Assembly: GCA_963703195.1 (NCBI GenBank)
Contig: OY969797.1
Coordinates: forward strand, 2,127,569 to 2,191,568
Source of the DNA: an uncultured Alphaproteobacteria bacterium
Lineage (GTDB): Bacteria; Pseudomonadota; Alphaproteobacteria; Rhodobacterales; Rhodobacteraceae
DNA: 64,000 nucleotides
Reading direction: 5' to 3'
Part shown: positions 29,323-41,575 of the stretch, one piece after another
Layout: each line of letters opens with the position of its first letter
Position numbering within the stretch: position 1 is the first letter of the stretch
Translations under genes and position numbers: made by a program
The notes under the pieces: model-generated
What the model saw: only the letters and a program-made list of their open reading frames with translations
Told to the model about the DNA's origin: nothing
The model's database searches: none

Positions 29323-29874
29323 TTACTTTGGTACGAGCACGGCGTCGATCACATGGATCACGCCATTCGACTGGTCGACATCGGCCACTGTCACCAGGCT
29401 GGCATTGCCGTTCTCATCGAAGATGTAGACCTTGTTGCCCCTCACCTGTGCCGACAGCGCATCGCCCGAAACCGCATTGAAGTGGTAGAAGCCATCGCTG
29501 CTCGCGCGGGCGGCCGCGATGATATCGGCTGCGGACCAGTCACCGGCCACGACATGGGCGGTCAGGACTTTCTGCAGCATCGCCTTGTTTTCCGGCTTCA
29601 GCAGCGTCTCGACAGTCCCGGCAGGCAGGGCGGCAAATGCGTCATTGACCGGTGCGAAAACGGTGAAGGGGCCTTCGCCCTGCAGCGTCTCGACCAGATC
29701 CGCAGCCTGAACGGCGGCAACGAGCGTTGTGTGGATCGGTGAATTGACCGCGTTTTCGACGATGTTGCGTGTCTCCAGCATCGGCGCGCCCCCGACGGTT
29801 GGATTGTTGGCGAAAGCAGCCGTTGCGATGGTCAGGGCAGCAGCCGAAGCGGCAGCAAATGTCTTGATGGTCAT
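29323..29874 (-). CDS. Fasciclin (FAS1) domain protein
   Basis: Signal peptide; GPFTVFAPVNDAF, SNGVIHVIDAVL. Confidence 0.93.
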   Translation of the reverse strand: MTIKTFAAASAAALTIATAAFANNPTVGGAPMLETRNIVENAVNSPIHTTLVAAVQAADLVETLQGEGPFTVFAPVNDAFAALPAGTVETLLKPENKAMLQKVLTAHVVAGDWSAADIIAAARASSDGFYHFNAVSGDALSAQVRGNKVYIFDENGNASLVTVADVDQSNGVIHVIDAVLVPK

Positions 29875-29999
29875 GTTCTTCTCCTTGGTTGCGGATGGCC
29901 TCTGCGGGCCAGCGATGGAGAAGACACGGAAGGTGCGGGCGGGAAGTTTCAAAAGTTGAGAAATAATCTGGCGCTGCGGGCGTTTTTCAATGCGGACGG

Positions 30000-30689
30000 T
30001 CAGGCGTCCGTCACAGGACCCGCGGCGAGCACCGCGCCGGTGGGCGCTCCGGTTGGCGAGCCACCGGGCGGCTCGTCGCTGATCGCGAGGACTGCATTGG
30101 CCATCTGTTGCGCAATCGCGGGTGGCACTTCGATGCGGGCCTGAGGATCCTCGGGCAACACACCCAAGGAAACTGGAGCGGCAGCCCCATCGGCGATCAG
30201 CCACAGCTCAAGCACACGTCCCGGCAACGCCCCACCCGCCTGACGCACAATCTCGAGCGTGTTCGTCTGCGCGATGAAACTTGCCGTAACGACGAGCGAG
30301 CCATCTTCGGCGGCGACACTCGCTGTGAAGGTCGGCGTCCCTGATATGCTGTCCTGACCCAGATTGGGCACCAGAAGGAGCGCGCCGATTGCCAGAGCGG
30401 CGGCGACGAGACCACCCGCGAGCCAGTTCCAGATCCCGCCCCTCTTCTCGGCAGTCTCGGGAAACAGGGTCTTGTGCAGCCTCGCTTTCACTGCGGCCGG
30501 CGGCACCAGGGGGGCAATGCCATCTGCCAGCGCGACGACTTGTGCGTCCCACTCGCGCATGAGATCGCGCAGCGCAGGCTCATCGGCCAGGCGCCGCTCG
30601 AACGCGGTGCGCTCCGCATCTTCGAGAAGGTGCAACACGTATTCACCCGCGAGGGCGATATCGTCGCTATGATCCTCTTGAGTGCTCAT
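30000..30689 (-). CDS. Anti-sigma factor, RskA family
   Basis: AGEYVL.LL, single TM, LELWLI, PVSLG, AISDEPPGGSPTGAPTG. Confidence 0.9.
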   Translation of the reverse strand: MSTQEDHSDDIALAGEYVLHLLEDAERTAFERRLADEPALRDLMREWDAQVVALADGIAPLVPPAAVKARLHKTLFPETAEKRGGIWNWLAGGLVAAALAIGALLLVPNLGQDSISGTPTFTASVAAEDGSLVVTASFIAQTNTLEIVRQAGGALPGRVLELWLIADGAAAPVSLGVLPEDPQARIEVPPAIAQQMANAVLAISDEPPGGSPTGAPTGAVLAAGPVTDA

Positions 30690-31228
30690 GCGCTCAGGCA
30701 GTCCCTTAGTTTAAGCAGGCTGCGCCGCAGCCAGGTTCGCATCGTATTGAGCGGCACATCGTAGCGCGCCGCCAGATCCTTGTAGCTGTCCCCGTCCAGA
30801 TAGGCGCGCCGCACCGCATCGGACTTGTCAGCCTCCAACTCATTCAGGCAACTGTTCAGCCGCGCCCTCTCGGACGCGTTGACGGCCTCGTCCTCCGGCG
30901 TCGGCGCCCCGTCGGAGAGGTCGTGCACGTCGTCGATATCGACGCTGATCCCCTTGCGCGCGCGCAGTTTGTCGATCGCCGCGTTGCGCGCGAGCGCGAT
31001 CAACCATGTCATCGGGCTGTAGCCATTTACCTTGTAGAGATCGGCCTTGTGCCAGATCTTCACAAAGATCTCCTGCAGCGTGTCTTCCGCTTCCGCCCTG
31101 TTGGACAAGACACGCAGGCAAACGCCAAAAAGTTTCGCGGAGGTCGCGTCATAAAGCGCGGAGAAGGCAGCGCGATCCCCAAGCGCGACCCGGAGGATCA
31201 TGTTCTCGATGTCGCTCGGTTCGGTCAC
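30686..31228 (-). CDS. ECF sigma factor (SigK-like)
   Basis: GDRAAFSALY, AEDTLQE, WLIALARNAAID, VPLNTMRTWLRRSL; start uncertain (GTG 31228 chosen). Confidence 0.9.
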   Translation of the reverse strand: MTEPSDIENMILRVALGDRAAFSALYDATSAKLFGVCLRVLSNRAEAEDTLQEIFVKIWHKADLYKVNGYSPMTWLIALARNAAIDKLRARKGISVDIDDVHDLSDGAPTPEDEAVNASERARLNSCLNELEADKSDAVRRAYLDGDSYKDLAARYDVPLNTMRTWLRRSLLKLRDCLSA

Positions 31229-31601
31229 TCGGTTCCGGATCCCCGCTTGAATTAGGTGGAACACTGCATGATGGGTTTCGAAAACACCAGTGGCAAAGGG
31301 AGAGTGAGGGAAGTGCCCGAAGGGACGGAAGGGCACCGTTCGGAGATTGGTATGCCACAACCCGGTCAGCATGCTGTCACCGCATGAGTTTGTTGCGCTG
31401 AGATCAGCCTGTAGGAGGTCGACCTGATGGTTCGCGCTCAGAAAAGCAAAGACCGATGCCGTGCGGCGGGGCCTATCTGACCCCGCTCAACCGCCCTTCT
31501 CTGTTCGCTGTACAACAAACACACAATCACTTAGCCTTTTCTGATTAGCGTATTTTATCGAAGATCATTTCTGTTCCAAACATCCGCAAGGGGCGCGCAA
31601 C

Positions 31602-34600
31602 ATGGGTTCCGATATTTCTCGGACAGGCACGGCACTCGAAGGCAGACTCAGCGAACTGGAGGCGGAACTGGCCGATCAGCGCGCACAAGCCGCGGCATCG
31701 GCTGAAATCCTGCAGCTGATCAACGGTGCCCGCGACGATCTGCAGCCCGTGTTCGACACCATCCTGCACCATGCCGCGACACTCTGCGGGGCGCCGATGG
31801 CGGGGCTGGTCCTCGGGACGGCGCAGGATGAGGCGATGACGCTTCCCGCAGAAATCGGTATATCGCCTGAAGTGGTCGCACTCTTTGATACGGGCCAGAT
31901 GAAGATCGACCCGAGCCTATCCTACTCCGCGAAATGCATCGTCGAGGGCAAGCTCTTCGCCTTCGGCGACATGGGGCAAAGCGATCTCTACCGGGCGGGC
32001 AGTCCCATCGTGAAGGCAATGGTGGAGGTCTCGGGCATCCGCAGTGTCCTGTTCGTGCCTCTGATCAGGGACGGCGCTGCAATTGGCCTGATCACCCTCT
32101 ACCGGCATGATGTGAGCCCGTTCACCGAGAACGAGAGCGCACTGGTCGAAACTTTCGCCGCGCAGGCGGTCATCGCCATCGAAAACGTGCGACAGTTTCG
32201 CGAATTGCAGATCAGGCTGGAGCGGGAGGCGGCGACCAGCGACATATTGAGTGTCATCAGCCAGAGCCATGAAGATGAATCGCAGGTCTTCGACATCATC
32301 TTGCAAAAAGCCGCGACGCTGTGCCGTGCAGATCAATCTGCGCTGATCCTCGCCAATGAGCAGCGCACATCCTTTCGCCTGGCGGCGAACTGGGGACATG
32401 ACCAGACGGGGTTTCAGATCGGAAAGTCATGGCCGTTCGACTCGATGCTGACCGCAGGTGTCGCAATCCGCTCGGCCGAACTGCTGCACATCCCGGACTA
32501 TGCCCAGACGGAACGCTACAAGAGCGGCGATCCGGACGCGGTCCAGATGGTCGAGACGGAGGGGATCCGGACCCGGCTGGTTGTCCCGCTGATGCGCGGC
32601 GATATCGCCATCGGCGCCATTGCCCTGAGCCGCCGCGAGGTGCGCGTGTTTGATCCCTCGGAGATCAAGCTAGTCGAAACCTTCGCCGCGCAGGCCGTCA
32701 TCGCAATCGAGAATGTCCGCCAGTTCCGAGAGCTGCAGCGCCGACTGGAGCGGGAGGCGGCGACCAAGGAGATCCTGTCGGTCATCAGTCAGAGCCGCGA
32801 CGATGAGACCCCTGTGTTCCGCGCCATTCTGGACCGTGCCGAGCGGCTGTGCGACGCGCAAGGCAGCGGACTGCAACTGGTCAACGAAGCGGGTACCCAT
32901 CTGCTGATGATGGGCTCCAAGGGCGAGGACAAGGGTTCATTCCCCGTCGGCCATACCTTCGACCTGCGCGAACCCTTGGGCATTTGCATCGCCGTCAACG
33001 AGGCGCGCGTGGTCCAGACGGAGGATCTCAAGGATACCGATCTCTACCGTGCGGGTCATCCCGGCCGGGTCAAGCTGGTGGATGTCGAAGGGTCGCGCAC
33101 GCATCTCAACGTACCCCTGCTCAAGAACGGTGTCGCCTTCGGCAACATCACACTGAGCCGGAAGGAGGTAAGGCCGTTCACAGCGGATGAGATCGCACTG
33201 GTGGAGGCTTTCGCGGATCAGGCCGTGATCGCGCTCGAGAACGTGCGCCAGTTTCGCGCGGTTCAGCAGTCGCTTGCGCGCCAGACGGCGACCTCCAGCA
33301 TCCTGCGCGTGATCAGCGGCTCGCCGACCGATGTGCAGCCTGTCTTCGACGTGATCGTGAGCACCGCGACCCAACTCTTGAGGTGCGATGCCGCCCATGT
33401 CCACCTGACGGACGGCACCTATTATTGGCCCGCGGCCAGTGCGATGGGCGGGGGCGTGATGACCACCGACACGGTGATCGAGCGCATCCGGAAGATGAGC
33501 GACCTGACGACAGCTGACGGCATGCCGAAATTTCTCGTCGATGCCGCGCTCAACTTCCCGTCGCGGGCAATCACCTCGAAATCCATGCTGCATGTTCCGG
33601 ACTGGTCGGTCGCGGATCTGCCGCCCCATGAAGTGAAACGCAGGGAAGAACTCGGTTTCGAGGCGTCGCTCTTTCTGCCGCTGATGCGCGGGGATACCTG
33701 TGTGGGGCTGCTGTCGTTCGCGCAGCAATCGCCGCGGGAATTCACGGAAGCCGAGATCGCGCTCGCGGAGAGTTTCCGCGATCAGGCGATGATCGCGCTG
33801 GAGAATACCCGGCTCTTCGCGGAGACGCAGGAGGCACTGGAGCAGCAAGAAGCAACATCCGAAGTCCTCCGGGTGATCAGCAATTCGACCTCCGACATCC
33901 AACCCGTCTTTGACATGATCGCACGCAGCGCGACGGAGCTCTGCGGCAGCCGGTTCTGCATGGTCTGGCGCTATGACGGCGCCCGGATGGACTATTGCGC
34001 AAGCTACGGCTTCGATGCGGAGTTCATCGAGAGCTACCGCGCGAACTGGCCCGCGCTGCCGTTGGAGGGATCGCTCACCAAGGCGGTGATTGATGCGCGC
34101 GAGGTGGTGCGCGTGCAGGACGCCTACGACGAGAGCTATTCCGACCACGCGACCGCGCGCAGATACGGCTTTCGCCAGATGATCGGCGTGCCTGTGCTCC
34201 AGGGCGACACGCTGTGGGGTGCGATCATCATGGGCTGGCCCGATGGGGAGGCGCCCAAGAAGTCCGACATCGACCTCGCGCGCACCTTCGCGGGTCAGGC
34301 CAGCATCGCCATAGAGAATGCACGGCTCTTCAACGAAACGCAGGAAGCGCTGGAGCAGCAGACGGCGACTGCGGAGGTGCTCAAGGTCATCAGCCAGTCC
34401 GCCTTCGATCTGCCAACCGTGCTGCAGGCCCTGATCGAGGCCGCGGCAGAGCTGTGCGAGGCGTCGATCTGTATCCTGTTCGACAGGGTCGGTGACGAGT
34501 TGCACCTTGGGGCCAATGTCGGCTGCTCTCCTGAAATGATCGACTATCACAACCGCAATCCACACAAGCTCAGTCGTGAAAACATCGCGGGCCGCGCCGT

Positions 34601-37600
34601 TCTCGACGGTCGCACGCAGCATGTGCCGGACATTCAACTCGATCCCGATTTTGCCAATCCCAAATCCGTGGCCCTTGGCGGCTGGCGGTCGATCATCGCG
34701 GTGCCGCTCATCCGCGACGGCGAGGTCATCGCGGTGCTGGATCTGGCGCGCCCCACGCCGGGCCCGTTCACGCCGCGCCAGATCGAACTGGTCGAAACCT
34801 TCGCCGATCAGGCCAGCATCGCCATCAACAACGTGCGGCTTCTGCGCGAAACGCAGGAGCGCACGGCAGAAGCCGTTGAGGCGCTGGAATACCAGACCGC
34901 CACGTCCGAGGTGCTCGACGTCATCTCCCGCTCTCCCAATGAGCTGATGCCGGTTCTGGATGCAATTCTGGAAGTGGCGGCGCGCATCTGCGATCCGCAA
35001 TATGCCTATGTCGCACTGCTCAACCCGGATGACGGTTTGTACCACATGGTCACGACGCTGAATTGCGATGCCGAATTCTTCGAGTATCTCAAGGCCCACC
35101 CGATGAAGCCGGAACCCGGTACCTGCACGGGCCGCACGGCCATGCTGGGCGAGACGGTCTACATCGAGAATACCGAGACGGACGACACCTACGAATGGAA
35201 AGAGGCAGCGCGACGCGGCGCGTTCCAATCGACCGTCGGCGTGCCGCTGATCAAGGACGGCGTGGTCGTCGGGGTCATCTCGCTGGCCCATAGCAAGCCC
35301 TATGCTTTCGCGGCCAAGCAGATCCGGCTCGTTGAAACCTTCGCGGCGCAGGCCGTGATCGCCATCAGCAACACGCGGCTGTTCGAGGAGGTGCAGGCGC
35401 GCACGGCGGAGGTGACCGAAGCATTGGTGCGCGAACAGGCGAGCGCGGAAATCTTGCAGGTGATCAACGAGGCCAAATCCGATTTGCAGCCTGTATTCGA
35501 CCTGATCGTTCAGAAGTCAGCGGAACTGTGTGGCGCGCAATTCTGCACGCTGGATCGGTTTGACGGGGAATTCTATCATTTCTGTTCGCAATACGGCTTC
35601 TCGGAAGATGCGATGGGTGAATTTCAGGCAGGTTACCCCTATGCCTATGAACCGGGTGAAGCTGACATCATAACGATGGTCGTAGACACCGGCGAGGTTG
35701 CGCATATCGCCGACGCGCAAGAGCAAGAGGAGGAGCTCTCGCGAGATCTGGCAAAGAGAGCCGACTTTCGGCGCCTGCTTGGCGTACCGATCCGCGCGGC
35801 TGGCCGCAGCGTCTGGGGCGTGATCGCTCTGGGATGGCCCGACATTTCGCCGCCCGCGCCCGCCCATATCGAACTGGTCCAGAGCTTTGCAAACCAAGCC
35901 AGCATCGCCATCGAGAACGCGCGGTTGCTGCGTGAGACGCAGGAACGCACGGCGGAAGTGACCGAGGCGCTGGAACAGCAAAAAGCCTCCGCCGAAATCC
36001 TGAGCGTCATCAGTCAGTCGGTCGAGGACACCCAGCCAGTGTTCGAGAAGATCCTGGAGAGCTGCAGGCATCTGTTCGGAGGCGAGGAGCTGGACGTGTT
36101 GCTGATTGACGAGCAGGGCCAGCTGCAAGTTGCGGCCTACTTGGGCGACTACCGCAAGGAGCTGCTGAAAACCTTCCCGGCGCCATGGGAGATCACACCC
36201 GCGGGCGAGGCCATCCGCACCGGCAAGGTCATCAACTATGCCGATTGCGCCAACAGTCCGGAGGTGCCCGCGGTCCTGCGCAAGATGGCAAAGATCGCGG
36301 CCTATCACTCCGTCGCCTTTGCGCCCATGATCTGGGAGGGCAAGGGCATCGGCGTGATCGGCGTTGCGCGATCGAGACAGGATTTCAACGCCAAGGAACT
36401 GCGCATAATGCAGGGATTTGCCGATCAGGCGGTGATCGCAATCCAGAATGCGCGGCTGTTCAAGGAGACGCAGACCGCGCTTGTCCGGCAGACTGCAAGT
36501 GCCGACATCCTGCGGGTGGTCAGTGAAACGCAAACCGATCTCAAACCGGTTTTCGACGCGATACTGAGCCGCGCCGCGGAGCTGTGCAATGCCCCGATGG
36601 CCAGCCTCTACCTCGTGAATGAAGAGCGCAGCCACGCGGTAATGGAAGCCTACCGCGGCGACGATCTCGCGTCATGGGCCACAGGTGAGACAAAATGGGA
36701 AATGAAAAAGGGCATCGCCGTCGCAGATTGCATTCTGGACCGCGTCCCCATCCACATCCATGACCTGAAGGACACGGAAAACTACCGCAACAGCTCCCAC
36801 GTCCGGCGCGCAGCTGTCGATCAGGAAGGGGTGCGCACGTTTCTGGCCATTCCGCTGGTCCACAAGGGCGAAGGGATCGGGGACATGGTGCTCTTCAAGC
36901 GCGAAGTCAAACCGTTCACGCGGGAGGACATCGTCCTGCTGGAAAACTTCGCCGATCAGGCGGTGATCGCAATCCAGAACGCGCGTCTTTTCAATGAGAC
37001 CCAGACCGCCCTGGCGCGTCAAACTGCCAGCGCGGATGTGCTTCGGGTCATCAGCCAGTCCCCGAATGACACAAAACCCGTCTTTGATGAAATCGTCCGC
37101 CTCGCGCTCTCGCTTGTCTCTTGCGACGAGGCGGTGGTGTTTGAATGCGACGGCACATCCTACTGGGAGGCCGCCGCGGCACGGCCGGATAAACGAAACA
37201 TCGAGATTTCCGGTAAACTCAACGCCATTGACCCTACGTTTGATCTGCCCTCGCAAGTGTTCGCGAGCAAGAAGGTCATCCATACGCCGGATTGGAACGC
37301 CGCGAAACTGCCACCGCGCGATCAGAAACTCCGAGACGAGTTTGGCTTTCGATCCTCATTCATGGTACCGGTGATGCGCGGAGACACATGCATCGGCGGC
37401 CTTGCATTCATTCGCGAGGTCCAGCGCGCGTTTTCGGAAGACGAGATATCGATGGCGGAATCCTTTGTCGATCAAGCCACCATCGCCATTGAAAACGTGC
37501 GGCTCTTCAAAGACACGCAGACTGCCTTGGCGCGCCAAACCGCCAGTGCCGACATCCTTCGCGTGATCAGCGAAACCCAGTCCGATCTCAAACCGGTGTT

Positions 37601-40142
37601 TGAGGCGATTGCCGGCACAGCAGTGCGCTTGCTGGATTGTGATGTCTGCTCAGTGATGATCTGCGAAGGCGACAAATTCGTCCCGCGCGGTGCGATGAGC
37701 GCCGAGGGACCCATCCTCACCCTCGGAGAAGGCCACCTGATCGATCCGGAGCTCAGCTTTCCGGCTCAGGCCATCGTCACCAAGGAAATGGTTCACGTCC
37801 CCGACTTCTGGGCCATAGACCTGCCTGCAGACGAATACTGGGCACGCGATAAATTCGGCATCCACTCCGGCCTCTATCTGCCGCTCTTGCGTGGTGGCGA
37901 ATGTGTGGGTGTGGTGGCTTTCGCGCGTCAGGTAACCCGCGCGTTCAGCACCGAGGACATCGAGCTCGCCCGCAGCTTTTGCGATCAGGCGGTGATCGCC
38001 ATTCAAAACGTGCGTTTGTTCAATAAAACCCAAACTGCACTTGTCCGCCAGACCGCCAGTGCGGACATTCTGCGCGTGGTCAGCGGTGCGCAGGATGATG
38101 CGCGCCCGGTTTTCAACGCCATCGCCAAGGCCGGAATGCGGCTGCTCGACTGCGACGGCTCGGCCGTCTTGATGCGGGACGGCGATCATTTCATTCCGGT
38201 AGAAGGCATGGTCGGCGGCGAAGACTTGGCAGTGCCTTTTGATCCGTCGCCGGTCAAGATCGATTCCACGCTGAACTTTCCATCACGTGTGTTTGAGACC
38301 GGAAAAATGGTCCATGTTCCGGATTTCTCAGCTGCGGATTTGCCCAGACATGAGATCGGCACAGTTGCCAAGTTCGGGATGAAATCCGCGATCTATCTGC
38401 CAATGATACGGGATGATTTTTGTGTCGGGGTTTTGGTTTTTGACCGCACGACCGAGACGCGTGCTTTTACCCCTGAACAGATCGAACTGGCCAATTCCTT
38501 TTGCGACCAAGCCGTGATCGCCATCGAAAACGTACGGCTGTTCCGGGAGGCACAGGACGCCCGCGCTGCCGCCGAGAAGGCCAACGAGGCCAAGAGCGCT
38601 TTCCTCGCCACGATGAGCCACGAGATCCGCACGCCGATGAACGCCGTTATCGGGATGAGCGGGCTCCTGCTCGACACCGAGCTCAACCCCGAACAACTCG
38701 ACTATGCGGAGACCATCCGGACCAGCGGCGACGCGCTTCTGGGGATCATCAACGAGATCCTGGATTTCTCGAAGATCGAGGCCGGGCAGATGGATATCGA
38801 GACGGCGCCCGTCGATCTGCGCGATTGCATCGAATCCGCCCTCGATCTGGTCAGCGGCAAGGCGGCGGAGAAGCAGCTGGACATGGCATACGTCTATGAC
38901 GACAGCGTGCCCCCCGCGATTAGCACGGACCTCACGCGGTTGCGCCAGATCCTGCTCAACCTTCTGTCGAACGCCGTCAAGTTCACCGACGCGGGCGAAG
39001 TGGTTCTGTCGGTCAAGGCCACCCCCGCGAAAGGTGGCAAGCTCGAACTCGCGTTCACCGTGCGTGACACCGGCATCGGATTGTCGCTCGACGGGATGAA
39101 GCGCTTGTTCCAGTCCTTCAGCCAGGCGGACAGCTCGACCACGCGCAAATACGGCGGCACGGGGCTGGGTCTCGCGATTTCCAAACGGCTGGCCGAGCTG
39201 ATGGGCGGCACGATGACCGCGCAGAGCAAGGGCCTCGGCGAAGGCTCCGCGTTCAGCTTCACCATCATGGCGAAACCCGCAGCGCTGCCCCATACCCCCG
39301 CCCGCGATCTGCTGGGCGAGCAGAACGAGCTGCGCGGCAAGCGGATCCTGATCGTCGATGACAACGCCACCAACCGCAAGATCCTCACCCTGCAGACGGA
39401 TAAGTGGGGCATGCTCGCCCGCGATACCGAAACGCCGCAGGAGGCGCTCGATTGGGTCAGGGCCGGTGCGGAGTTCGACATCGCCATCCTCGATATGCAC
39501 ATGCCGCAGATGGATGGCCTCGCACTCGCGCGGGCCCTGCGCGAGGTGAACGCACACCTGCCGCTCATTCTGTTCAGTTCGCTGGGCCTGCGGGAGGCGG
39601 AAACGCAAGGCGATGTCTTTGACGCCTTCCTCGCCAAACCCCTGCGGCAATCGCAGCTCTTCGACACCCTCGTGACCGTCTTCGCCCCCAAGGAGGCGGC
39701 ACCCGAGCCGGAAAAGCCGCGCGGCGAGCAGGATGGGCCGAAGCCGGGCGAGAGCCATCCGCTGCGCATCCTGCTGGCCGAGGACAACCTCGTGAACCAG
39801 AAGCTCGCCATGCGCCTGCTGGAACAGATGGGCTACCGCGCGGATCTGGCCAGCAACGGTGTCGAGGCGGTCGAGAGCGTTGCGCGGCAGGTCTACGACG
39901 TGGTGCTGATGGATGTTCAGATGCCGGAGATGGACGGGCTGGAAGCCTCGCGCCGCATCACGCAGGACACCGCACCGCACCAGCGCCCGCGCATCATCGC
40001 CATGACCGCCAATGCCATGCAGGGCGACAGGGAGATGTGTCTGGCCGCGGGCATGGACGACTACATCGCAAAACCCATCCGCGTGCCGATCCTGATCGAA
40101 GCGCTCAGACAGGTGCCGATCCGAAAGGGAAAGACCAAATGA
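31602..40142 (+). CDS. Giant soluble hybrid histidine kinase: 13 GAF + HisKA + HATPase + 2 REC
   Basis: 13 copies of F..QA.IA..N.R; [36 protein letters not shown]; REC motifs DMHMP and DVQMP; no TM segment seen. Confidence 0.95.
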   Translation: MGSDISRTGTALEGRLSELEAELADQRAQAAASAEILQLINGARDDLQPVFDTILHHAATLCGAPMAGLVLGTAQDEAMTLPAEIGISPEVVALFDTGQMKIDPSLSYSAKCIVEGKLFAFGDMGQSDLYRAGSPIVKAMVEVSGIRSVLFVPLIRDGAAIGLITLYRHDVSPFTENESALVETFAAQAVIAIENVRQFRELQIRLEREAATSDILSVISQSHEDESQVFDIILQKAATLCRADQSALILANEQRTSFRLAANWGHDQTGFQIGKSWPFDSMLTAGVAIRSAELLHIPDYAQTERYKSGDPDAVQMVETEGIRTRLVVPLMRGDIAIGAIALSRREVRVFDPSEIKLVETFAAQAVIAIENVRQFRELQRRLEREAATKEILSVISQSRDDETPVFRAILDRAERLCDAQGSGLQLVNEAGTHLLMMGSKGEDKGSFPVGHTFDLREPLGICIAVNEARVVQTEDLKDTDLYRAGHPGRVKLVDVEGSRTHLNVPLLKNGVAFGNITLSRKEVRPFTADEIALVEAFADQAVIALENVRQFRAVQQSLARQTATSSILRVISGSPTDVQPVFDVIVSTATQLLRCDAAHVHLTDGTYYWPAASAMGGGVMTTDTVIERIRKMSDLTTADGMPKFLVDAALNFPSRAITSKSMLHVPDWSVADLPPHEVKRREELGFEASLFLPLMRGDTCVGLLSFAQQSPREFTEAEIALAESFRDQAMIALENTRLFAETQEALEQQEATSEVLRVISNSTSDIQPVFDMIARSATELCGSRFCMVWRYDGARMDYCASYGFDAEFIESYRANWPALPLEGSLTKAVIDAREVVRVQDAYDESYSDHATARRYGFRQMIGVPVLQGDTLWGAIIMGWPDGEAPKKSDIDLARTFAGQASIAIENARLFNETQEALEQQTATAEVLKVISQSAFDLPTVLQALIEAAAELCEASICILFDRVGDELHLGANVGCSPEMIDYHNRNPHKLSRENIAGRAVLDGRTQHVPDIQLDPDFANPKSVALGGWRSIIAVPLIRDGEVIAVLDLARPTPGPFTPRQIELVETFADQASIAINNVRLLRETQERTAEAVEALEYQTATSEVLDVISRSPNELMPVLDAILEVAARICDPQYAYVALLNPDDGLYHMVTTLNCDAEFFEYLKAHPMKPEPGTCTGRTAMLGETVYIENTETDDTYEWKEAARRGAFQSTVGVPLIKDGVVVGVISLAHSKPYAFAAKQIRLVETFAAQAVIAISNTRLFEEVQARTAEVTEALVREQASAEILQVINEAKSDLQPVFDLIVQKSAELCGAQFCTLDRFDGEFYHFCSQYGFSEDAMGEFQAGYPYAYEPGEADIITMVVDTGEVAHIADAQEQEEELSRDLAKRADFRRLLGVPIRAAGRSVWGVIALGWPDISPPAPAHIELVQSFANQASIAIENARLLRETQERTAEVTEALEQQKASAEILSVISQSVEDTQPVFEKILESCRHLFGGEELDVLLIDEQGQLQVAAYLGDYRKELLKTFPAPWEITPAGEAIRTGKVINYADCANSPEVPAVLRKMAKIAAYHSVAFAPMIWEGKGIGVIGVARSRQDFNAKELRIMQGFADQAVIAIQNARLFKETQTALVRQTASADILRVVSETQTDLKPVFDAILSRAAELCNAPMASLYLVNEERSHAVMEAYRGDDLASWATGETKWEMKKGIAVADCILDRVPIHIHDLKDTENYRNSSHVRRAAVDQEGVRTFLAIPLVHKGEGIGDMVLFKREVKPFTREDIVLLENFADQAVIAIQNARLFNETQTALARQTASADVLRVISQSPNDTKPVFDEIVRLALSLVSCDEAVVFECDGTSYWEAAAARPDKRNIEISGKLNAIDPTFDLPSQVFASKKVIHTPDWNAAKLPPRDQKLRDEFGFRSSFMVPVMRGDTCIGGLAFIREVQRAFSEDEISMAESFVDQATIAIENVRLFKDTQTALARQTASADILRVISETQSDLKPVFEAIAGTAVRLLDCDVCSVMICEGDKFVPRGAMSAEGPILTLGEGHLIDPELSFPAQAIVTKEMVHVPDFWAIDLPADEYWARDKFGIHSGLYLPLLRGGECVGVVAFARQVTRAFSTEDIELARSFCDQAVIAIQNVRLFNKTQTALVRQTASADILRVVSGAQDDARPVFNAIAKAGMRLLDCDGSAVLMRDGDHFIPVEGMVGGEDLAVPFDPSPVKIDSTLNFPSRVFETGKMVHVPDFSAADLPRHEIGTVAKFGMKSAIYLPMIRDDFCVGVLVFDRTTETRAFTPEQIELANSFCDQAVIAIENVRLFREAQDARAAAEKANEAKSAFLATMSHEIRTPMNAVIGMSGLLLDTELNPEQLDYAETIRTSGDALLGIINEILDFSKIEAGQMDIETAPVDLRDCIESALDLVSGKAAEKQLDMAYVYDDSVPPAISTDLTRLRQILLNLLSNAVKFTDAGEVVLSVKATPAKGGKLELAFTVRDTGIGLSLDGMKRLFQSFSQADSSTTRKYGGTGLGLAISKRLAELMGGTMTAQSKGLGEGSAFSFTIMAKPAALPHTPARDLLGEQNELRGKRILIVDDNATNRKILTLQTDKWGMLARDTETPQEALDWVRAGAEFDIAILDMHMPQMDGLALARALREVNAHLPLILFSSLGLREAETQGDVFDAFLAKPLRQSQLFDTLVTVFAPKEAAPEPEKPRGEQDGPKPGESHPLRILLAEDNLVNQKLAMRLLEQMGYRADLASNGVEAVESVARQVYDVVLMDVQMPEMDGLEASRRITQDTAPHQRPRIIAMTANAMQGDREMCLAAGMDDYIAKPIRVPILIEALRQVPIRKGKTK

Positions 40143-40486
40143 CAAACGACGTGATCGACATGGCCGTATATGATGAGCTGAAAGACGCGGCAGGCGCTGA
40201 GTTCGTTGTCGAGTTGGTGAGCGCATTTCTGGAAGAGGCGCCGGGTCTTCTCATGGAACTGCGCACCGCGCTTGGCGCCGGGGATGCAGATGGGTTCCGC
40301 CGCGCGGCCCATTCGCTCAAATCCAACGCAAATGTCTTCGGGGCTGACGCCCTCGCCATCCCGGCGCGGCGGCTCGAACTGATGGAAGTGTCGAATGCCA
40401 CGCCCGAGGTGCAAAAGCTCATCGCAGAGCTCGAGGCGGAATACGCGCGCACCTCTGCGGCGTTGAAGGAGTTGCAAGATGGGTGA
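40139..40486 (+). CDS. Hpt phosphotransfer protein
   Basis: [11 protein letters not shown]; ATGA overlap with the kinase. Confidence 0.9.
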   Translation: MTNDVIDMAVYDELKDAAGAEFVVELVSAFLEEAPGLLMELRTALGAGDADGFRRAAHSLKSNANVFGADALAIPARRLELMEVSNATPEVQKLIAELEAEYARTSAALKELQDG

Positions 40487-41513
40487 CACCGCAGGGCATC
40501 TGCTCATCGTCGATGACAACCGCGTCAACCGGCTGCTGCTGTCGCGCAGTGTGGAATTGCAGGGCTATACCGCGACACTGGCGGAGAATGGCCGCGCAGC
40601 GATGGAGTGCCTTCAATCGGGCAGCTACGACCTGATGCTTCTCGACATAGAGATGCCGGAAATGGACGGTTTTCAGGTGCTCGAAGCGATGAAGCTGGAC
40701 CCCAAGCTGAAGGATCTGCCGGTCATCGTCACCTCCTCGGTCGAGGGGGTCGAGAATATCGTGCGCTGCATCGATCTGGGGGCGGAGGACTATCTGCCCA
40801 AGCCGGTGAACCCCGTGTTGCTGCGCGCGCGCCTGACCTCCAGCCTCGAGAAGAAGCGCCTGCGCGACGAGCAGAAAACGCTGCTGCGCCGCTTCGCCAC
40901 CAGCGAGGTCGTGCAGGACTTGCAGGACACCGGGTTCAAGCTCGGCGGCCGCCGCGTGCACGCCTCTATCCTGTTTTGCGACATCCGCGGGTTCACCGCG
41001 ATTTCCGAACGCCAGTCACCCGAGGATACGATCGAGCTGTTGAACATCTACTATACACTGATGTTCGAGGCGATCGAACAGCTTGGCGGTATCGTCTCGT
41101 TGATGATCGGCGACGGGCTGATGGTCCTGTTCGGCGCGCCCAAGCCGCTGGAAAACCCCGCCGCGAGTGCTGTTGCCGCTGCGCAGGACATGCTGGCGAT
41201 CATCGCGCAGTTCAATTCCGAACAGGCGATGGTGCAGAAACCACAGATCCATCTCGGCATCGGGATCGCCACAGGCGAGGTGGTCGCGGGTTATGCAGGC
41301 ACCAAGCAGCGAGCAACCTATACCTGCATCGGCGACAAGGTGAACCTCGCGTCCCGCCTCGAAGGACATACCAAGGCCGCCGCCTGTCCCATCCTCATCG
41401 ACGAGGCGACCCGTTCCGCCGTGGGCATGAGCAGCGAATGCACCGCAATCGGCGACGTCCAGTTCACCGGGTTCTCATGCCCCGTCCCGGTCTTCGCCGT
41501 CACGCCTGAGTGA
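40479..41513 (+). CDS. Response regulator-class III nucleotide cyclase fusion
   Basis: LIVDD...LLDIEMPEMDG...PKP; LFCDIRGFT, IGDGLM, GIATGEV, TCIGDKVNLASRLE. Confidence 0.93.
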   Translation: MGDTAGHLLIVDDNRVNRLLLSRSVELQGYTATLAENGRAAMECLQSGSYDLMLLDIEMPEMDGFQVLEAMKLDPKLKDLPVIVTSSVEGVENIVRCIDLGAEDYLPKPVNPVLLRARLTSSLEKKRLRDEQKTLLRRFATSEVVQDLQDTGFKLGGRRVHASILFCDIRGFTAISERQSPEDTIELLNIYYTLMFEAIEQLGGIVSLMIGDGLMVLFGAPKPLENPAASAVAAAQDMLAIIAQFNSEQAMVQKPQIHLGIGIATGEVVAGYAGTKQRATYTCIGDKVNLASRLEGHTKAAACPILIDEATRSAVGMSSECTAIGDVQFTGFSCPVPVFAVTPE

Positions 41514-41575
41514 CGCCGGTGAGACGCCCCACCTTCACCCTTGTGAATAGCGGCGTTTAGGCGTCCGATGGCGCC

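Noticed and set aside
31602-38560. GAF array as phytochrome/cyanobacteriochrome, or as a CRISPR-like repeat
   Set aside because: No DIP or CH bilin-attachment motifs seen; the repeats are in-frame protein-domain junctions about 0.5 kb apart
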